The notes under the pieces: model-generated
What the model was told of the DNA's origin: nothing
What the model saw: only the letters and a program-made list of their open reading frames with translations
The model's database searches: none
Virus record (IMG/VR): IMGVR_UViG_3300046678_000067
Location: 1 to 64,000 of that record
DNA length: 64,000 nucleotides
Strand: one strand, 5' to 3'
Source of the DNA: a virus
Lineage: Duplodnaviria; Caudoviricetes
Part shown: positions 29,256 through 39,616 of the stretch, piece by piece
Layout: the number at the start of each line of letters is the position of its first letter
How positions within the stretch are numbered: position 1 is the stretch's first letter
Position numbers and translations under genes: made by a program

Positions 29256-29723
29256 TTAGGTTCCTTTATTAAAGGTGGATAGTTTATCAATGATAGGTTT
29301 TAGAGCGTTTGGATCATATCGCCAACCTTCTGCGATACCTAGAGAGTTAGCAACCGTCTCTGAACAAAAGTATTTATTCTTGTCATAATTGCCCCGCTTG
29401 AATACGAATCCCAGCAATCCAAGAAGGTCATATTTTGCGCCATTGTGAGTAGCGAACCATGCTTCTACACCAGCCGGATCAACATCGGTAAGCTCAACGA
29501 CATCCCAATCATAAGCTACACTGATATCTCGCCAAATGCTACGAACTCCATTAGGAGTTCCAGTAATAACAGAAGAGTGACAAAGAGCGGTTCCGTCAGC
29601 CTTAAATTGAGTGGCAATCTCAGCGTGGGAATACGGACCTCCAGTCCACCAACGAATTAGGATATCACCGACGTTAGCCCAAAACGTTGCCGGCTTTCCC
29701 TTATAAAATGCAACCTTAACCAT
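29256..29723 (-). CDS. Permuted papain-like (YiiX/NlpC-P60) hydrolase
   Basis: PYSHAEI...GAKYD...KYFCSE (His before Cys). Confidence 0.7.
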   Translation of the reverse strand: MVKVAFYKGKPATFWANVGDILIRWWTGGPYSHAEIATQFKADGTALCHSSVITGTPNGVRSIWRDISVAYDWDVVELTDVDPAGVEAWFATHNGAKYDLLGLLGFVFKRGNYDKNKYFCSETVANSLGIAEGWRYDPNALKPIIDKLSTFNKGT

Positions 29724-29776
29724 CTACCACCTCTCACTAACTAAATATTTTCAACGGTTTAACAAAAGGATATTCT

Positions 29777-30565
29777 ATGTCTGCAGGACTTCAAGTAATT
29801 GGTGATCATGGTAGTGTCCAGATCGATCAAAACTATTACAATATGGTTTTGATTACCAATGGTTATGTAGGATCGGGTCTATATAACATCACCCCGCCCG
29901 ATGCATATGGCGACCCACAAACTACCGCATATATGGCCGTCATTAACTATAACGGCACTAACCCAATTCTATGTCTAGATACAAAGGGATATTGTTGTGC
30001 CCATTATCAAACAGTCTATAACGGGGCTAACTCATATACGTTCTATGTCCTTACTTTCGACGGTAATGGCAATCCTACTCCAGCCACTATTGCATATTAC
30101 ATCTACGACACCGTACCTAATATCCAGGCAACAAGTCGTGGATTGACAGTTTGGAATGCATCCGGTCAGGTAACATTCAACTCTGACTACGAACCTATGC
30201 GACTCATTAACTTCGCACAGTGTCCAGCAGGATTCACCATAACAACGGACAGCTTCGTACACCACTTTCCTCCCGCATCAACCACCCTATGGTCAGGTAG
30301 TGCCGCCCAAAAGATTGCAGTTTGTATGACACCACCGAAGGGTTATTATATGACCATCCATATGGGGTCTAATGACCAGTGGGTGCAAACCTTCTTAACC
30401 AACAACGGAGCAAATCCGCCCTATGTCACTACCGAAGGTGGCGGGGAAAACGGAGCGGGATCGGCAACGCCATACGGATATATGGGTGATCTATCATATT
30501 ATGTATCGGCAGGAAACTATGCTGGAATGATATATATGGTTGATGTAACAAACCACTATATCTGA
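29777..30565 (+). CDS. Tail-tip associated protein
   Basis: MSAGLQV...QIDQNY and GLTVWNASGQVTFNS repeats typical of genes following J-like tips; CTAAATA at 29741. Confidence 0.55.
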   Translation: MSAGLQVIGDHGSVQIDQNYYNMVLITNGYVGSGLYNITPPDAYGDPQTTAYMAVINYNGTNPILCLDTKGYCCAHYQTVYNGANSYTFYVLTFDGNGNPTPATIAYYIYDTVPNIQATSRGLTVWNASGQVTFNSDYEPMRLINFAQCPAGFTITTDSFVHHFPPASTTLWSGSAAQKIAVCMTPPKGYYMTIHMGSNDQWVQTFLTNNGANPPYVTTEGGGENGAGSATPYGYMGDLSYYVSAGNYAGMIYMVDVTNHYI

Positions 30566-30880
30566 TCACCTCAATCCGTATAGTACCATACAATTGGTCC
30601 CATATCCAGGAGACACCGAAGGGTCAAAAGCCCAAGATAGCGTGGATCCTGAAAAGGTGAATGATGGATTATTCCAACCGCTAGGGAACCCGTTGCTATA
30701 TCCAGAAACAAGCGGATAAAAAATAACAAACGGGGTTCCGGTTCCATCTACCAAATTTCCATTTGAGATGGAACCGTTATACCCACCGGTTTGAAATGAA
30801 CCCAAATAACGGGGGAGGTAATCCCCCGAGTTGAATTTAAGAACGCCGTTGGCGTCATAAATCAGTAGTCCCTGCGCCAT
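30566..30880 (-). CDS. Small tail-tip associated protein
   Basis: MAQGLLIYDANG...FNS; C-terminal VLYG. Confidence 0.55.
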   Translation of the reverse strand: MAQGLLIYDANGVLKFNSGDYLPRYLGSFQTGGYNGSISNGNLVDGTGTPFVIFYPLVSGYSNGFPSGWNNPSFTFSGSTLSWAFDPSVSPGYGTNCMVLYGLR

Positions 30881-33800
30881 TACCAAACTCCCAATCTAAC
30901 TCGCAAAGTCCCGTTAGAGTCATATACCCGCATACCATTCTGATCAATCTCGGTTCTCTGACCACTCGCTGCATTTCTCAACAGACCAATACTACCACTT
31001 GGGCCAGATAAAGTCCCGCTCACTGTTCCTGTCACATTACCGCTGACTGTTCCAGTCACGTTACCCGTAACCGTTCCCCCAAATGTACCCGTTCCACTGA
31101 AGTACGCATTACCGTTAGAATCAACCGTAAAAGGCGTTGCAATCTTCGAGCCATCTGGACTCACCAACTTAAACACGTTAGCTTGAACCGCAAAGCTAGA
31201 TGTCGGATTACCGTTAATCAGGTCGTTAACCAAAGCGATGCCGGAAACATATCCGTTCACGTTAGTCTTAATTGCCCACTGAGCCTTGATGTTATTCACA
31301 TCAGTTGCGCTCGTAGACGCTTGTGTCTGAACTGTGGCAAAACTCCCGCCATCAATACCTACTGACCTAGAACCAATAGAGATCCAATCAACCTGGAAGG
31401 CGTCATTGCTACTCGCGTTACCGCCCAAATCAATACGAATACTAGTGATAGTGCTGGACAACCAATCCGAACCCCCTGCGGTTAGGTTAGCCATATCCCA
31501 CTCAACAATATACCAATCAGCAAATCCAGGGTCTGGACTAACGTTGGTATAGTATGACCCAGTATAACCGTGCCCACTCGTAGAATAGAACAAACTACCG
31601 TCCCAGCCGCTTCCAGCCGTTCTCTTAACCCGCGCCCTAACCTTATTATACAACGCTCCATTAATACTCAGCGTTGGGGAGACTAGGTTAGGATCGGTTG
31701 CGGTAGAAGTCAATAGTCCATAACCACCGCTAATTGCAAACGTAGCGTGTACAGCAGTCCACCCTCCCGTTACAGCATAGAAAGACCAGGTCTGATACGG
31801 GGCAAACGTTGATGCATTACCATTAGTGATTCTAGACGTAACTGTCTGAATCGCAGAGGCGTTGGCTGAGTCAGCATTTGCTCTGGTCGTAGCTTCTGTT
31901 GTGATAGCCGATGCGTTGCTACTTACCTGAGCTGCTAGAGTTGTTCTGGCATTAGCTTCAGCGGTGATAGCGTCAGTACGAGCTTGCACCTCTGTTTGAA
32001 TAGCTGCCGCATTGGTATTAGTAGAAGCCGTCAGCGTAGTGATCAAGTCCGATAGCGAACTATCTGCCGCTTGTCGGGCCGTGGCTTCAGCCGTCACTGC
32101 AGCACCACGATTATTCGCTTCAGTTAGAACCGCCGCCGCGACTGCATCATTTAGACTACTTGCAGAAGCCAGAATCGCGTTATTGTAGTCAATCGTAACC
32201 TGTGCAACTTGAGAGTCGGTATATGCTCTAGAGGATGACGGATCGTTTACTTGCGCCCAGCTAGTTCCATCGCTAATATGCAATTGACCTACGCCAGATA
32301 CAGGATCGACAATAATATGCAAGTTGTTCTGATAAAGAGTTGGATCAGGCTCCGAACCCGGAACTGATTGGCTCAATAGAACAGGCTTATCGAACGTCAC
32401 ATGCTTTAGGAATACCGGCGTTTGATTCGATGCGGCATAAGTCTGTGAATTGATATTACCAACCGCCGTAGCCATCGCATTAGCGACTGCTGGATCAGGA
32501 TCGTTAGTCTTAATCAAAGAACTAACTGCTGCTGCCACTCCCAATGCACCAATACCAACCGCTGCTAGGTCAGATACTCTGAACCCCTTACCGGCCTCAG
32601 GCGGGATATCAGGATCAGAGCTAGAGAACCCTGAACTTGTACCATCACCAGACACCGTAGCTGAAGTTGTTGTACCCGCCGCTGATGCGCCGCCACTTAG
32701 GTTATTCAATCCACCTGTAGTAGAATCATTACCTGGAGTTGGAGTGCCCGCATTAGCCGGAACCCCGTTGGTCACCCAATTCCTACCGCTCGGAGATTTC
32801 TTAGATAGGTTATTGGTTAGCTGAGAGTCCGCAGAACCAGCCGCAGTCGGGTCAGTATTCGAACCCGATGTAAAGCCTAGGGCACCCCCAAGCATCGGTG
32901 CTCCGCCATCCCTAAGATCGTAGGCAACCAGGGATTCTCGTGATAGCATATCTCCATAAGAGAATCCGCCGCTCATCCCACCGAACATAGACGCGTTGAC
33001 AGATGGAGAATTGATTTCTCCTGATACTGCCAACATACCAGTGTTCATCTGAACCTTACCAGCCGTCACGAAGAAGTTGCCGCCAGTCTTGAAGATCATA
33101 TCCCCGCTAGACTGACGATATGCCTGTCCGGATACTTGCTGGGTATAATTACCACCGACATAATCATAAGAATCATTCTTGGTGATCTTATAGGAATCCA
33201 TCACCGACTTATGGGTGAAGGTGCCTAGAGGGTTGATCTCCCAATATGATCCGGTGCGGTGCGTCATATTCAAACGTTCGGCGCCGGGCGTGTCATCAAC
33301 TTCCGAATAGTGTCCAGAACGCGACTCAGTAACGAAGTTCCAGGGATACTTTGCGGCATTCCCGGACACCCCCCGTGGTTCTACGATAGACGAATTTTGA
33401 GCAGCAGGAGTTTTTTGCTCCGACACCGGCGCTGTCGTATCCGGTGTCGGCTCAACTTTTTTTACTGCGTCGTCCGTTGGCTCTTGATCTGAAAGTACCA
33501 CTAGGGCAATCTTATAAAGCGCCATACGGTCGTCTTGACCGTTTAGACCGCCGTTAATACGCTTGGTGATACTCACCATATCGCTACGGTCTGCGTATGC
33601 GTTTAGCCCCTTAGAGTTCCAGAACCAACCTGCGCTCATCGCTGCTAGTTGAGGCTGAGCTACTGCATCTGGGTTGCTAACGCAGTCAGTTCCACACGAT
33701 TGTGATAGAGCCGAATAGTTAGACTTACCTGTGCATTGAATCAAGCCGCGACCGCGATAGTTCCAACCGTCTCCAGAATCAGCCGAACCGTTACCCATAC

Positions 33801-34098
33801 GATTTGCATATACAACGTTAGCAATCTTCTGGGGATTACGGGCGCACTGAGCCGCTAGAGTCGCATCGAAACGATTAGGCCAAGTACCTTGTAGGCCAGC
33901 AGCAGAGTAGTTAAGGTTTTCACTAACCGCCGATAGTCGGCCAGATTCGTGTCCAACTTGCGCGATAAACGCAGCTAGTCGGAGTTTTGTGTTAATTTGG
34001 TATTGTGCGCAAGCAGCGTTGATTGCGTCGAAATACTTTGCTTCTGTAGCTGCAGAGCAGCCCAGAATCTTGGCAATTTGCCCTTGTTTGAATTGCAT
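30880..34098 (-). CDS. Fusion: GH19 lysozyme + gp5 spike segment + J-like tail-tip C-terminus
   Basis: AQVGHES/YRGRGLIQ/ITKRINGG (GH19); YPWN..ESRSGH..EVDDTPGAERL (gp5); TEATTRANAD coils; NGYVSGI..SSFAVQA...RVRLGVW. Confidence 0.8.
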   Translation of the reverse strand: MQFKQGQIAKILGCSAATEAKYFDAINAACAQYQINTKLRLAAFIAQVGHESGRLSAVSENLNYSAAGLQGTWPNRFDATLAAQCARNPQKIANVVYANRMGNGSADSGDGWNYRGRGLIQCTGKSNYSALSQSCGTDCVSNPDAVAQPQLAAMSAGWFWNSKGLNAYADRSDMVSITKRINGGLNGQDDRMALYKIALVVLSDQEPTDDAVKKVEPTPDTTAPVSEQKTPAAQNSSIVEPRGVSGNAAKYPWNFVTESRSGHYSEVDDTPGAERLNMTHRTGSYWEINPLGTFTHKSVMDSYKITKNDSYDYVGGNYTQQVSGQAYRQSSGDMIFKTGGNFFVTAGKVQMNTGMLAVSGEINSPSVNASMFGGMSGGFSYGDMLSRESLVAYDLRDGGAPMLGGALGFTSGSNTDPTAAGSADSQLTNNLSKKSPSGRNWVTNGVPANAGTPTPGNDSTTGGLNNLSGGASAAGTTTSATVSGDGTSSGFSSSDPDIPPEAGKGFRVSDLAAVGIGALGVAAAVSSLIKTNDPDPAVANAMATAVGNINSQTYAASNQTPVFLKHVTFDKPVLLSQSVPGSEPDPTLYQNNLHIIVDPVSGVGQLHISDGTSWAQVNDPSSSRAYTDSQVAQVTIDYNNAILASASSLNDAVAAAVLTEANNRGAAVTAEATARQAADSSLSDLITTLTASTNTNAAAIQTEVQARTDAITAEANARTTLAAQVSSNASAITTEATTRANADSANASAIQTVTSRITNGNASTFAPYQTWSFYAVTGGWTAVHATFAISGGYGLLTSTATDPNLVSPTLSINGALYNKVRARVKRTAGSGWDGSLFYSTSGHGYTGSYYTNVSPDPGFADWYIVEWDMANLTAGGSDWLSSTITSIRIDLGGNASSNDAFQVDWISIGSRSVGIDGGSFATVQTQASTSATDVNNIKAQWAIKTNVNGYVSGIALVNDLINGNPTSSFAVQANVFKLVSPDGSKIATPFTVDSNGNAYFSGTGTFGGTVTGNVTGTVSGNVTGTVSGTLSGPSGSIGLLRNAASGQRTEIDQNGMRVYDSNGTLRVRLGVW

Positions 34099-34490
34099 TA
34101 TCTAATCCTCTTGATTGGAATAGTTTCATTAATTACCTGAGGGTAATTTAAAGCGTAGAACGTGAGATTGATATAGATACCGTATCCATTCTCGAATCGC
34201 TGGATATCTATAGATACAATCTCGACTCTAGGCTCAAATCTGTCAATCGTAGTTTTGATCCTATCATAAAGCTGCATCCGCATCATATTATCGTTAGGCT
34301 CAAATAGCAATTCCCCCACACCGCCGCCCATATATGGCGACCAAAGGAACTCACCAGCTGAGGTCATAACTAGATTACGGATAGATTGAATGATTGAAGC
34401 AATATCTGTCTTCATCACTAGATCGCCCGTCACCGGATGAGTAGCAAAATCTAGTGAGAAGTCTCTATATGTATAGCTTGGAGTCGCCAT
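34098..34490 (-). CDS. 25: Baseplate wedge gp25
   Basis: HPVTGD...IIQSIRNLVMT..GE...ELLFEP...FEPRV. Confidence 0.9.
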   Translation of the reverse strand: MATPSYTYRDFSLDFATHPVTGDLVMKTDIASIIQSIRNLVMTSAGEFLWSPYMGGGVGELLFEPNDNMMRMQLYDRIKTTIDRFEPRVEIVSIDIQRFENGYGIYINLTFYALNYPQVINETIPIKRIR

Positions 34491-34491
34491 A

Positions 34492-35451
34492 TCACTTTCC
34501 TTGTAGGTTTGTCGGGAATACACAGTCCAGGAGAACTAGACTGGAACCGTTCTTGGGGATATTCGATTTAGATACCATCCCGCCAGAACGGTGAGACTTA
34601 TCCGATTGGTTTCCGCCAATACAGGTTAGCGTGCTTCCGTTATCTTGAGACACAAAAGCTACGTGACCTGAGCCTGAGTTCGGCACTCCGAAAACTGCAA
34701 TTGCCCCGAAAGGTACATTTGTTGTCCCTACAGACTTACCGTAATTCAGATATGACCTTGATGAAGCGCTTCTAGTCCCGGTGATACTAACTTGAGATAA
34801 GCACCAACCAACGAACGCCGCACACCAGGCAACGGTCGGTTCTCTCATTAGACCGCCGCCAACTTGGTGATACGTTCTAATCGTATCGGCATTATCCAGT
34901 TCATTAATACCCAATTGAGACTGAGCGACCGGCATCCAAGGAGTATCCTTATATGCGTTCGGATCAAGAGTCTTTGGAGGAACTTCTGGATCAGTCGAAC
35001 CTGGAATGGTTGATTGAACTACACTATTACTTACGTTGAAGCTTGAACCCGTATCGCCGTTGCCGCCAGCCTTAACGTTGATGTCGCCCGCTACTCCAGC
35101 GCGCGGATAATTCCCGTTTGGATCATTGAACCCTGAACTAGAATTACCGAACATTGCTCTATTTCCACCCATTGTACCTAGGATGATAAACTCTTGCATA
35201 CCATCGTCAGCAGGGAGTCCTAGAACCATTGTGCCTGGAACCATACCTACGGGCGCCAATCCGACCCCAGAAATAAATGCTGAGTTGATAGTCCCCAGAG
35301 GCTGGCACCAAGGTAGTAGATTTGTGGGTAGAACAGTTTTATCATCAGAGTGAATACCGATCCAACGAACTCTCACCCGACCTAGCTGTACTGGATCCAT
35401 GACGTCTTCAACAATCCCATATAGGAATGTATTGTTTGCCATTGGAATCAT
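34492..35451 (-). CDS. 5: gp5 N-terminal OB-fold fused to a TIGR02594/CHAP-like peptidoglycan peptidase
   Basis: GIVEDVMDPVQLGRVRVR..GIH...LPW; WCAAFVGW, GHVAFV, GGNQSD. Confidence 0.8.
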   Translation of the reverse strand: MIPMANNTFLYGIVEDVMDPVQLGRVRVRWIGIHSDDKTVLPTNLLPWCQPLGTINSAFISGVGLAPVGMVPGTMVLGLPADDGMQEFIILGTMGGNRAMFGNSSSGFNDPNGNYPRAGVAGDINVKAGGNGDTGSSFNVSNSVVQSTIPGSTDPEVPPKTLDPNAYKDTPWMPVAQSQLGINELDNADTIRTYHQVGGGLMREPTVAWCAAFVGWCLSQVSITGTRSASSRSYLNYGKSVGTTNVPFGAIAVFGVPNSGSGHVAFVSQDNGSTLTCIGGNQSDKSHRSGGMVSKSNIPKNGSSLVLLDCVFPTNLQGK

Positions 35452-35792
35452 TTTAGCCAGACCTCACCGTAATTGATAACTAGAGTATTACCAGATGAGT
35501 CTGTCGCTAACACTCTCCAGTAAACTTTTGATTCCCGAACGCTTGAGGTAATATCCTCTTTAGGGAATTTGATGGTCATATACCATTGGCCGTCTACCTG
35601 AGCACTTGTAACAGTGAAGGTGAAATCAGGAGTTTCGTTTGTATATGCTAGACGCCCTTCACAGGTAATCGTATATTGGCCAGGAATGAACACTGAGCCG
35701 CTATCTAGCGTATATTGAAATTGATGAGTAGCATCCGTGCCACGAAACATCACGAAGATGTCTTTATTTTGATCTGAGTAATCTTTTAGCAT
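35448..35792 (-). CDS. Probable baseplate/structural protein
   Basis: First gene of gp5/gp25 operon; beta-rich. Confidence 0.5.
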   Translation of the reverse strand: MLKDYSDQNKDIFVMFRGTDATHQFQYTLDSGSVFIPGQYTITCEGRLAYTNETPDFTFTVTSAQVDGQWYMTIKFPKEDITSSVRESKVYWRVLATDSSGNTLVINYGEVWLK

Positions 35793-35842
35793 CGCACATA
35801 CCTTTAGGTAAAAGTTGTCTACTTTTATTTAAAGGCAAAATA

Positions 35843-35870
35843 AAAAAGCCTTCCCGAAGGAAGGCTTTTG
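35843..35870. terminator. Intrinsic terminator
   Basis: aaaagccttcc-cgaa-ggaaggctttt. Confidence 0.8.
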
Positions 35871-35888
35871 CGAAAGAAATTTGTATTT

Positions 35889-36659
35889 TTACTTTTGCTT
35901 CAATTCGCTATAGAGTGCTGTGAGGAACTCTTTGACAAGCGAGCTACGAACAATATGTTCTAGCCCAAACTTAATTACCGGATAATTAAGCTCATGGCGA
36001 TTCGAGAATTTCTCCAACCAATCAAGTCCATTCAAGCCCTTAATATCAGTCTGGAAATTATCGCCAAGGAATAGAATGCGACCCGATTCATAACGCGTCA
36101 CAAGGGCTTGCACTTCTTCAACGGTAAGGTTTTGTGCCTCATCGATGATCAAGAATGTATCACGGAAAGAATTACCGCGAATATATTCAATCGGTTGCAT
36201 TACAATTTTCTGCTTAGCTAGATTGTAGCCATACAGACCATCGCCCATACGTTCTCTTAGGACTGCCAGGATTGGAGCTAGCAACGGTTCCATCTTATCC
36301 GTTACTGAGCCAGGCAACATACCTAGAGATTTACCAACGTGTACGTTTGCTCGCGTTAGGATGATCTTATCGACCGAACCTTCAGCAAGGAATTTAGCAG
36401 CCATACTACCTGAGATGAATGTTTTACCACAACCTGCCGGCGCTTCCGCAATAACGATTGAGCTGGTATTAATAGCCTTGATCATTTCTTCTTGCTTTTC
36501 ATTCTTCGGCTGAAGATGAAAACTGGGGCGAGCCTTTGGAGTTGGAGCATACTGATTCGTGATTTCTCTCGGGTCCAATAGGGCGCCACGGCTATCCCTA
36601 GGTAGACCACGCGGATCACGTTCTTCTCTTGTAGAGGCTCTGCGCATCTTCTTTCCCAT
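35889..36659 (-). CDS. phoH: PhoH-family ATPase
   Basis: PAGCGKT, LGMLPG, YIRGNSF, IIDEAQN, HIVRS. Confidence 0.93.
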   Translation of the reverse strand: MGKKMRRASTREERDPRGLPRDSRGALLDPREITNQYAPTPKARPSFHLQPKNEKQEEMIKAINTSSIVIAEAPAGCGKTFISGSMAAKFLAEGSVDKIILTRANVHVGKSLGMLPGSVTDKMEPLLAPILAVLRERMGDGLYGYNLAKQKIVMQPIEYIRGNSFRDTFLIIDEAQNLTVEEVQALVTRYESGRILFLGDNFQTDIKGLNGLDWLEKFSNRHELNYPVIKFGLEHIVRSSLVKEFLTALYSELKQK

Positions 36660-36689
36660 ATCAATCCTTTAATGGGTTATTACAACTGC

Positions 36690-37223
36690 TTAAAAACAGA
36701 TACTATCGTCAGTCACTAGAGAGACCATCAATCCCATACGGAATGATTGGCCGTTATCTACTGGCTGTATACCGCGTTGATATTCAAAAATCCTACGCGA
36801 CTCAGTATCTACGCGAAACACCTTAATACCTTTGTTCAAAAGGAAATTGATTCCTGTAACAACCCGATATTCGCGATCAAAAACAACAGCGGCAATCCCA
36901 GCTTCCGCAATATCAACTGCGCAGTTTGGACATGGAGAATCGGTAATGAACATTACCGATCCAACTGCTGACTCGTTTGACCTAATGAGCTTCCTGAGTG
37001 CATTAGGTTCCGCGTGTCTAACCCTTGGGTCTGTAGAACCATCTTCTAGTTCACAAACATTTGGCTCTCCAGAAGGCATCCCATTATATCCAAATGAGAT
37101 GATACGCTCGTCTTTTACAATAAGCGCACCAACCTTCAGTCTTACACAATATGATAGTTCGTCAGCATAGCTGCGCGCTGCTTTCATATGCGCGAACACG
37201 AACTTGTTCTTAAGTTTATTCAA
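36690..37223 (-). CDS. cd: dCMP deaminase
   Basis: SYCVRLKVGA...GYNG...HAEPNA...SPCPNC. Confidence 0.92.
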   Translation of the reverse strand: MNKLKNKFVFAHMKAARSYADELSYCVRLKVGALIVKDERIISFGYNGMPSGEPNVCELEDGSTDPRVRHAEPNALRKLIRSNESAVGSVMFITDSPCPNCAVDIAEAGIAAVVFDREYRVVTGINFLLNKGIKVFRVDTESRRIFEYQRGIQPVDNGQSFRMGLMVSLVTDDSICF

Positions 37224-37836
37224 TTTCTTCCGTTTCGTCTACTTCATCGCTTCCAGCGCTTAGACGTTCTACAATATCAGAACCCAACAAATAAACATCG
37301 ACACCCTTACGAATATCAGCACGTTCATCGTCGGTCAAGATACCGATAGTCAGATCATCTAGTAGAGACTCAACGATGCGTTCAGTTGCCGTTGTACTAT
37401 TCTTGATGTCTGCCGTCTTGGCGTGGCCGAAGCCGGTGCTTGCGCCGTGAAGCATAACGCAAACGTGAGTAGAAGCAATTACTTTGTTATGACCTGCCAA
37501 CCAAATCATAGCAGCTGCACTCGCAGCTTCTCCATCTACACAAGTAGTGATATTCGCTTCAGAGGCGTCGATCGCATTAATGATAGATAGACAAGAGTTG
37601 AGATTGCCGCCGGGAGAGTTAATGTGAATCGTAATATCTTGACCTTCAGGCGCGTAACGCAATGCGTGGACAAAATCTACGTAATCAACTTCAGGACCGA
37701 TTTCATCATAGATATAGATAACAAGAGGCGGAACTGCCGGTGCCTCATATCCAATAGGAGAATATGACTTGATATCCTCGATGCTCACAGGAAGGTGTGC
37801 AACGGGCTTGGCTGTTGAGTGACTTCTTAACTTCAT
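37216..37836 (-). CDS. ClpP-like serine protease
   Basis: IHINSPGG, AASAAAMI, MLH. Confidence 0.8.
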   Translation of the reverse strand: MKLRSHSTAKPVAHLPVSIEDIKSYSPIGYEAPAVPPLVIYIYDEIGPEVDYVDFVHALRYAPEGQDITIHINSPGGNLNSCLSIINAIDASEANITTCVDGEAASAAAMIWLAGHNKVIASTHVCVMLHGASTGFGHAKTADIKNSTTATERIVESLLDDLTIGILTDDERADIRKGVDVYLLGSDIVERLSAGSDEVDETEEIE

Positions 37837-37905
37837 ACAATTCTCCGGTTTAAATTGTGCAAGGGTGAATCTTTACCCCTCATACTAATTTAGACCGAAG
37901 AACGA

Positions 37906-38511
37906 TTAGTCAGCAATATCCGAATGTAGGCACTTGAAGATGCGCATATGATCTACAGCCGCGTCGTGCAAAGCATTATGATAAGTTGCCCCCTTGAAGT
38001 CGCTAACCCGAACGCCTGCATATCGGTCGTATCCCATAAAGCGGAAAGCCGTTGCGACATCGAACGTATTATGGTAGTTCCAAATCACGTCCTGATCCAA
38101 ATCTTCCTCAAACAGATACTGAAGCTTTGAAAGATCGAAACAGTTGCGGTCGTACCAATCAACCTTCTTGATGTCGATGCCTTTATCCTTAAAGAAACCC
38201 TGTAGATGAGCTTCTAAGCCGTACAGTGACACGTCTAGGGTAGGATTAGGGATCAGTACCTTGCGAGCCTCAGGCGACTGGTCGTACCACCATTTAACCA
38301 CCCTCTGAGAAGCCTTCCTACCTCGATCCAGCTGTTCCTTCAGATCGAACTTCAAATACAAGCCGTTCTGGACCAGAGAATCGAAAGTCTGATCGCGATC
38401 ATCGTATCTTGATATCGTAACACCTAACGATAAAATCGGGGCATCACTACCTACCGCTAGAGTCTCAAGATCAATTACGGCCAGATGATCTTGGAAAACA
38501 TTCTTACTCAT
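37906..38511 (-). CDS. DEDDh 3'-5' exonuclease (DexA-like)
   Basis: IDLETL...HNALHDA. Confidence 0.85.
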   Translation of the reverse strand: MSKNVFQDHLAVIDLETLAVGSDAPILSLGVTISRYDDRDQTFDSLVQNGLYLKFDLKEQLDRGRKASQRVVKWWYDQSPEARKVLIPNPTLDVSLYGLEAHLQGFFKDKGIDIKKVDWYDRNCFDLSKLQYLFEEDLDQDVIWNYHNTFDVATAFRFMGYDRYAGVRVSDFKGATYHNALHDAAVDHMRIFKCLHSDIAD

Positions 38512-39585
38512 TTAAAACCCTTCGAACAGATTCACTGATTTATCAACAGCCGGTGCCTTGGCCTTCTTTGCGGCTTTAACTCCAAGGCCGTCATAACTAC
38601 TCTTTCCGCGCGGTTTCTTACCTTCTTGAACCGCAGCCTTACACTTTTGGAACTTCTGAAGTTCGCACATCAGATTCTCGAACGACATGATATTGATATA
38701 TCGATCATAGTCAGGCAAATCGCTGAACAGCTTCTCAGGATCATAACCAAACTTATCGAACATCAATCTCTGGTTGTTCCGCATCCAGAACAAGCATTCC
38801 TCATGCGTCATTCCGTCGCGATCAGCGAATAGGAGATCAACGCCCTTGGTACAACCTGGTCCAGATACCGTGAATTCGTTCTCGCTAAACCAATAATCCT
38901 CGCAGTACGTGAAGTCCACGAACCATTGATAGACTAGGAACTTACCCATCCAAGGGATCGCCGTGAGAATCTCAAACAACTCTTTCGGGCTTTGCGCCGC
39001 TTCCATCTTTTCCCAAAGCTCATCCGTCAGGGCGTACTTTGCGAAGTAGATCGGGGATTGGTCGAAATTCAAATCCTTCGCCGGAATCTTTTGTTGGAAG
39101 TGAATACGCTCTAGCCAGCTACGAACCGGGCAGGTATAGTACGCGCCGCTCCACCAAGTATGATCCCCGTTTGCCGCAATACGATCATTACAAGCTTTGA
39201 AATCTTCGTCGCTCAACGGAAACTTCAACATCTTACCGCCTGTCGCGATTTTATAGGACTCAAACTTATTCCAGAATCGCATCAGGATGATATTGAAGAA
39301 CCGATCTTTCAGGCTCTCCTTTGTCGAGCAAATATTCTCGATCACGTTGCGAGATTCACGGTCGTGCTCTCTACGGACGTTGGTAAACTTGACCTGTAGG
39401 AAAATCGGATTATCCGTCCAAGGTGCAGGCAGTTTCTCAACGTCTTTCTTCTTATGAATCTCGTAACGGTCGTGTACGAACTCGTAAAGGTTGGCCAGCA
39501 CATCCTCGTTTAAAACCGGATTAGCTGCCTTGATCACGTCTTCACGAACTCCGCAATACAGAACGTCTTTTGATCGATTCTTCAT
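38512..39585 (-). CDS. aGPT-Pplase1-family DNA base-hypermodification protein
   Basis: PWTDNPI...KFTNVRREHDR, GKFLVYQ...D, GPGC..G, ENLMCE..K. Confidence 0.75.
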   Translation of the reverse strand: MKNRSKDVLYCGVREDVIKAANPVLNEDVLANLYEFVHDRYEIHKKKDVEKLPAPWTDNPIFLQVKFTNVRREHDRESRNVIENICSTKESLKDRFFNIILMRFWNKFESYKIATGGKMLKFPLSDEDFKACNDRIAANGDHTWWSGAYYTCPVRSWLERIHFQQKIPAKDLNFDQSPIYFAKYALTDELWEKMEAAQSPKELFEILTAIPWMGKFLVYQWFVDFTYCEDYWFSENEFTVSGPGCTKGVDLLFADRDGMTHEECLFWMRNNQRLMFDKFGYDPEKLFSDLPDYDRYINIMSFENLMCELQKFQKCKAAVQEGKKPRGKSSYDGLGVKAAKKAKAPAVDKSVNLFEGF

Positions 39586-39616
39586 ATCTAATTTCTTGTT
39601 AAGTTAAAAACGAAAT

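Noticed and set aside
31015-31100. Short repeats near the end of the spike gene
   Set aside because: Encode GNVTGTVS beta-repeats; protein-level, not a DNA element
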